Shown here piece after piece: positions 16,623-20,704 of a stretch of DNA of 20,704 nt. Source of the stretch: an uncultured bacterium (GTDB lineage Bacteria; JAJVIF01; JAPKYR01); NCBI GenBank assembly GCA_965369865.1, contig CBDURU010000061.1:1-20704 (forward strand). The letters run 5' to 3'. Positions within the stretch are counted from its first letter, which is position 1. Each line of letters opens with the position of its first letter. Position numbers and translations under genes: made by a program. The notes below the pieces were generated by a model that searched no databases, was not told where the DNA came from, and saw only the letters and a program-made list of their open reading frames with translations.

Positions 16623-17411
16623 TTACTCCTGCTTCCCGATATCTATCCCGATCAATGCCGCTCCGATAGCCCCCGTCAACTGAGGTTTTGGCGGCGTGTG
16701 AACTTCTTTTCCAAGCATACGTTCAAAAATCCTGATCATGTATGGATTATGCGCGACCACCCCGCCCGTAAGCACGATATTCCCATCCAGCGGGTCCATC
16801 TCGACAATCCTTCTCGCTACAGATTCAAAAGCCCCCACGATAATATCCGGCACACGGTCACCCCGACGAAAATTAGTCAGAATCTCGGTCTTGGCGAAAA
16901 CCGTACAGAAACTTCCAAGCTTTACAGGCGATTCCGATTTCTCCGCGAGACCGTTTATTTCCTCAATTGGAACATTCAAAAGCAGGGCGATCTCCTCAAG
17001 GAAAGCTCCCGTCCCCGCAGCGCACTTCCGATTGAGCTTAAACCCAGTCCGTTTGCCATTTTTATCCAGGTTGATAATTTTATTGTCCTGACCGCCGATA
17101 TCGACAACTGTTATCGGTCCATTAAATGCTTGAAGGCATCCCCTGCTGTGACAGGTAATCTCAGTACGCTTTTCATCCGCGAACGGAATATCATCGCGCG
17201 CGTATCCTGTGGAAACTGTCACTGTAACCGCACCGGCTTCAAGGGCAAGTTCCTTAAGGATCGCGTCCCGGCATTCCCTTGCTACCTTCGGTCCTTCCGC
17301 TCCGGTACGTTCGACTTTGTATCCGAGAAGTTCCCCCAGGCTGTTTAAGATTACAACCTTGGTTGCCGATGCGCCTACATCGACGCCGCAAAATATTTTT
17401 TCATTCGTCAT
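16623..17411 (-). CDS. ATP-dependent acyl-CoA dehydratase activase / class I benzoyl-CoA reductase ATPase subunit (HgdC/BcrA/BzdQ-like)
   Basis: 262 aa. Motifs GVDVGASATK, STGYAR, TEITCH, DIGGQDNK, KCAAGTG and SFCTVFA (two cluster Cys), LTGGV and GAIGAAL. Confidence 0.92.
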   Translation of the reverse strand: MTNEKIFCGVDVGASATKVVILNSLGELLGYKVERTGAEGPKVARECRDAILKELALEAGAVTVTVSTGYARDDIPFADEKRTEITCHSRGCLQAFNGPITVVDIGGQDNKIINLDKNGKRTGFKLNRKCAAGTGAFLEEIALLLNVPIEEINGLAEKSESPVKLGSFCTVFAKTEILTNFRRGDRVPDIIVGAFESVARRIVEMDPLDGNIVLTGGVVAHNPYMIRIFERMLGKEVHTPPKPQLTGAIGAALIGIDIGKQE

Positions 17412-17428
17412 GATTTTAAATTATCAAT

Positions 17429-18694
17429 TCAACCTTCCTCAAGCTGCTCGATAAACGCCTCGATATTCGTCTTCGTCTGCTCTTCCGAATAACACCTCAG
17501 ATCGTTCAAATCAGCCTGGATGACAATATATGGAATTCCGCTCTCTTTTCCAAATCTCTCGTGAAGGCCATATCGGCAGTTGGAATTGGCCGGACATGTC
17601 TTCGCGTCGTGATAAATCATACCGTCAATTTTATAAAGATCGACCATTTTCCTGAAGTACGATTCCTTCCACTCGTCGGACCGTACGATAAACAGCTCCG
17701 TGTACGCTCGCGCCATGCTGTTGAACGGATCCTCCGCGTCAAACGCATCGAAAATCCAACTGTTGCAATATGTCGATGCCACCACAGAGCTTTTCAGCGA
17801 TGCGAACTGCTCCGAATTCGACCTTAATTTGCCCCAGATAGGCATGCCATCCCAGTACAGGCGGTATTTCTCCCCCTCGACACTTCCGATTCCCTTCTCG
17901 ATACAGCCATTCAACTCCTTGAGTAGAGTTTCGTAATACTCGATACTCCGTTTATCGCCTCGCATGACTACCGCTGGTCCCATCTGGATTGTACTGTCAA
18001 AGAAATTCATCGGGGCGGGAACCGCGGCGGTGGCCTCCAGTACGGCTCCCCAGCTATCCGATAAATCCTTCGATAAACCCACGGTCTCCTTGAATTTATC
18101 ATAATCGAATTTCTCCCCGCTTATTTCACAAAGCGGCTCGACCATGGCTTCGATCTGTTTTGCAACTACCTCGATATGAGCGTCCGTAACTTCGCCAATT
18201 TTTACAGGGGTGTTAACGCCAAGCAATGGAATGTTGTAATGCTTGTGGTACCAGTACAGCCAGTCCTGCACTTCGCGACACTGGTTAGTGTTGTAAACTA
18301 AAACATCCGGCCTTGGAAATTCATATCCCGGCATTTTCGCCATCGGGGTTTCACCTTTTATAAATGACCCGATATCGCTCGTGAGATACGAGCATATTTC
18401 CGGTGAATATCCAATAGCGTTTGCCACCGGAATCAGGTCTGTTGCCATTCGCGTCGCGCCAAGCATAGCGCCGTGGTTTTCAGGGAAATAAACCCGGAAC
18501 CCGCACGCGACAAGCAATTCTGCCGGTCCGACACTCGTGCACCACGCGATTTTTGGCGATCCTGTTTTGGCAGCTTCGAAAAGCTCATCGAAATAAGTGC
18601 CCATCAATGCCCTCATGGCTTTATTGGATTCTATTTTCCTTACAAGGGACTTTTTCTTTTCCGTACCAGTTGTCTTACCGCTCATTGTGTCCAT
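17429..18694 (-). CDS. 2-hydroxyacyl-CoA dehydratase family / class I benzoyl-CoA reductase BcrB/BzdO-like subunit
   Basis: 421 aa. Motifs AWCTSVGPAELL, FPENHGA, EICSY, NTNQC, YKIDGMIYHDAKTC and TNIEAFIEQL, with three cluster Cys in the expected positions. The start may be ATG 18685. Confidence 0.88.
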   Translation of the reverse strand: MDTMSGKTTGTEKKKSLVRKIESNKAMRALMGTYFDELFEAAKTGSPKIAWCTSVGPAELLVACGFRVYFPENHGAMLGATRMATDLIPVANAIGYSPEICSYLTSDIGSFIKGETPMAKMPGYEFPRPDVLVYNTNQCREVQDWLYWYHKHYNIPLLGVNTPVKIGEVTDAHIEVVAKQIEAMVEPLCEISGEKFDYDKFKETVGLSKDLSDSWGAVLEATAAVPAPMNFFDSTIQMGPAVVMRGDKRSIEYYETLLKELNGCIEKGIGSVEGEKYRLYWDGMPIWGKLRSNSEQFASLKSSVVASTYCNSWIFDAFDAEDPFNSMARAYTELFIVRSDEWKESYFRKMVDLYKIDGMIYHDAKTCPANSNCRYGLHERFGKESGIPYIVIQADLNDLRCYSEEQTKTNIEAFIEQLEEG

Positions 18695-18701
18695 CCTCTA
18701 A

Positions 18702-20420
18702 TTATATTGAAACAACGCATTGTGATTTTTCAGGATGCTCAGATGTTTTATAAATCGCTTCACACCAGTCACTGTATTTTTTAAGCACATTCTGCCTGAT
18801 TACTTTCATCGTGGGTGTAAGTTCCCCGTGCTCTAAGGAAAGGCTATGCGGGATTATGACGAATTTCTTCACCCTCATATACTTGGGCTGGAACTCTGCC
18901 ATGTTCTTCCTCAATTCCCCGGCTACTAATTCCTGTATTTCCGCGTCACTCGATATTTCCCAGCCTTCAGGAAGTTCTATCCCTTTATTTTTTGCCCACC
19001 TTTCCACGTTCCTTAAATTCAAAAAAACCAGCGCCGATACGTATTCTTCAGCCGAACCGATCGCCACTGCATGCTGGATCCATTCGGACGTTATTGTCAT
19101 CGCATTTTCAACGAGCATTGAGGATACTTTCTCGCCATTCGTCAATTTGAACATATCATCGACCCTTGCAGTCATTCGCAATCCGCCGTCTATCAGTTCA
19201 CCCAGATCACCCGTGTGGAACCAACCCAGATGGTCGATCGTTTTTCTGGTTCGATCCGGGTCCTTAAAATATCCCTTCATCAGACACGGACCTTTTACCA
19301 GGATTTCGTCGTCATCGGTGACAAGTATCTCGCATCCCGCTATCGGTTCACCTACACAATCCTCCACACGTTCTTCCCAAAGCGTCGTGAATGTCACCAG
19401 CGGGGACGTTTCAGTCAATCCCCATCCCTCCACAACCGGAACATTCTGGGTTTGAAAATATTCCATGCAGTCCCTCGGAAGAGGCGCGGCGGCTGTAAAA
19501 ACAAAACTCAGTTCGGGATGAAAAATCGTCTTTTTAATCTCCGGATCGGCCCGGGCTTCCGTAACCAGCGCGATATAGATCTTCGGCACACTGAAGAACA
19601 TAGTCGGTTTGACGTCGCTCCAGTTTTGAATCAGACGATTGATGTCCTTGCCGAATGAATCCTCGATGTGGATCGTCGCCCCGTGGTAAAGCGCAGCGAA
19701 CCTTTCAAAAAGCCCGCCGAACGAATGATGCCACGGCAGATAACTCAGAAATCTCGATTTATAGGGAATCTTCCATACCTGCGACATCCCTTTCCTCTGC
19801 GACATTATGTTTCGGTTGGTGAGCATCACGCCCTTCGGATTCCCGGTAGTACCGGATGTGTATTGAATAAAACAGAGATCGTTTGGTTTTACTTTTTTCA
19901 CTAGACTGTCGAATAATTCTCTCGACCCGCCTTTCATGCAATCAGCCATGATTGTATGGGGCGAGTCCTGCATTGTGACTTTTACCGGGATCGTTCCCCC
20001 CGCCTTCGATTGAAGAACCTTACCAAGTCTCTGTTCCCCATCAACATAAATTGCCTTCGGCTCGGCATGCGTCAGGATAAAATCAACATTCTTCGCATCG
20101 TACCCCTGGAAAATCGGGACAGATACGGCGCCCATCGATGTGACCGCCATCTCCCAGACCAGCATGTTGTAGGAGTTCGGGCTGAATACCGCGCACCTGT
20201 CGCACTTCTCAATTCCATTTTCGTGAAGGAAGGTCGCGACCGACGCCATGTCGCGGTAGAACGTATCCCATGTGACTGGATGGTACCTGTCATTTTCGTC
20301 ACGGTAGGCGAGTACAGGATGATCGGGCCAGCGATTCGCCCTTTTCGTGAGCATTGTCCCGATGCTTGTATCAATCCTGCCTAACGGATTTGGCGAGGTT
20401 CTGTACCGACCGTTTGTCAC
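18702..20420 (-). CDS. AMP-forming acyl-CoA ligase (long-chain fatty acid-CoA ligase-like)
   Basis: Motifs YTSGTTGNPKGVMLT, LSYLPWHHSFG, GWGLTETSP, FHTGDLG and GELTPTMK. The ORF track starts at TTG 20480, but GTG 20420 has AAGGAGG 6 nt upstream. Confidence 0.93.
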   Translation of the reverse strand: MTNGRYRTSPNPLGRIDTSIGTMLTKRANRWPDHPVLAYRDENDRYHPVTWDTFYRDMASVATFLHENGIEKCDRCAVFSPNSYNMLVWEMAVTSMGAVSVPIFQGYDAKNVDFILTHAEPKAIYVDGEQRLGKVLQSKAGGTIPVKVTMQDSPHTIMADCMKGGSRELFDSLVKKVKPNDLCFIQYTSGTTGNPKGVMLTNRNIMSQRKGMSQVWKIPYKSRFLSYLPWHHSFGGLFERFAALYHGATIHIEDSFGKDINRLIQNWSDVKPTMFFSVPKIYIALVTEARADPEIKKTIFHPELSFVFTAAAPLPRDCMEYFQTQNVPVVEGWGLTETSPLVTFTTLWEERVEDCVGEPIAGCEILVTDDDEILVKGPCLMKGYFKDPDRTRKTIDHLGWFHTGDLGELIDGGLRMTARVDDMFKLTNGEKVSSMLVENAMTITSEWIQHAVAIGSAEEYVSALVFLNLRNVERWAKNKGIELPEGWEISSDAEIQELVAGELRKNMAEFQPKYMRVKKFVIIPHSLSLEHGELTPTMKVIRQNVLKKYSDWCEAIYKTSEHPEKSQCVVSI

Positions 20421-20450
20421 GCTGTGCCTCCTTTGGAAATATCCGGGCCA

Positions 20451-20480
20451 AGTATAACTTTCCTTGCCACCGTTCGACAA
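20451..20480 (-). promoter_or_regulatory. Putative sigma70 promoter of the ligase-reductase operon
   Basis: Minus strand: TTGTCG (20480-20475), 18-nt spacer, TATACT (20456-20451), about 30 nt upstream of the GTG start. Confidence 0.5.
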
Positions 20481-20552
20481 GTTTCTCGAGGCACCATCCT
20501 CTAAAATATTATCCGATCATCGGAAACCGCACCTGCATCCATAGAGGTTTGA

Positions 20553-20653
20553 TAACAGAGCCACGAACGTCAGTGAGTGGATTAACAGAGTGGATTAACA
20601 GTAGCCCGACCGTAAGGGAGTGGCACCTTGTTATCCTATGCCCTCCCTTACGG
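20553..20653. repeat. Cluster of REP-like repeats with a 13-bp tandem duplication
   Basis: taacagagccacgaacgtcagtgagtgg (20553-20580) resembles taacagtagcccgaccgtaagggagtgg (20596-20623). gagtggattaaca is duplicated (20575-20587 and 20588-20600). ccgtaagggagtggca (20610-20625) pairs with tgccctcccttacgg (20639-20653). Confidence 0.8.
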
Positions 20654-20704
20654 GCCTGTTGAAAAAGTAGTTACACTGAAAAATCACAAGCGATCAAAAC
20701 TTTC
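20654..20704. mobile_element. Possible insertion sequence terminus (IS1182/IS5-like), running off the window
   Basis: GCCTGTTGAAAAA begins exactly where the REP inverted arm stops matching and resembles IS1182/IS5-type terminal repeats (from recall). No transposase is visible in the window. Confidence 0.3.

Noticed and set aside
15342..19455. Long plus-strand ORFs (15342-16259, 16698-17348, 18811-19455)
   Set aside because: They lie antisense to well-supported genes, and their translations show no recognisable protein motifs.

Overview
Bacterial genomic window, apparently from an anaerobe, dominated by a minus-strand CoA-thioester catabolic cluster. In transcription order it encodes: AMP-forming acyl-CoA ligase; 2-hydroxyacyl-CoA dehydratase/class I benzoyl-CoA reductase (BcrB/BzdO/HgdA-like) subunit; ATP-dependent activase; CoA-disulfide-reductase-like flavoprotein; ADP-forming acetate/acyl-CoA ligase; then, from a second promoter, a three-gene tungsten aldehyde oxidoreductase (FAD, W and 4Fe-4S subunits); ketopantoate reductase; Oah/BamA-like ring-opening crotonase with a C-terminal zinc ribbon; Had-like Zn dehydrogenase; SDR; enoyl-CoA hydratase; thiolase. 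This resembles an anaerobic benzoyl-CoA-type (aromatic/alicyclic) pathway, but with only half of a class I reductase and several divergent enzymes. A plus-strand subtilisin lipoprotein interrupts the cluster. A UDG-like gene and a truncated NYN remnant sit at the left edge. The most unusual structure is the flavoprotein gene (15200-16531). It is CpG-poor relative to its neighbours, bounded by 7-bp direct repeats (CCTACAA), and carries a long hairpin at its 3' end. Deleting it restores a perfect palindrome with 14-bp arms, so it looks like a recombinase-less gene cassette inserted into a GTAGG-cored hairpin. GTAG-type REP-like repeats, a 31-bp tandem repeat and a possible IS end are also present. 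All product calls come from motif recognition by eye; no searches were run.
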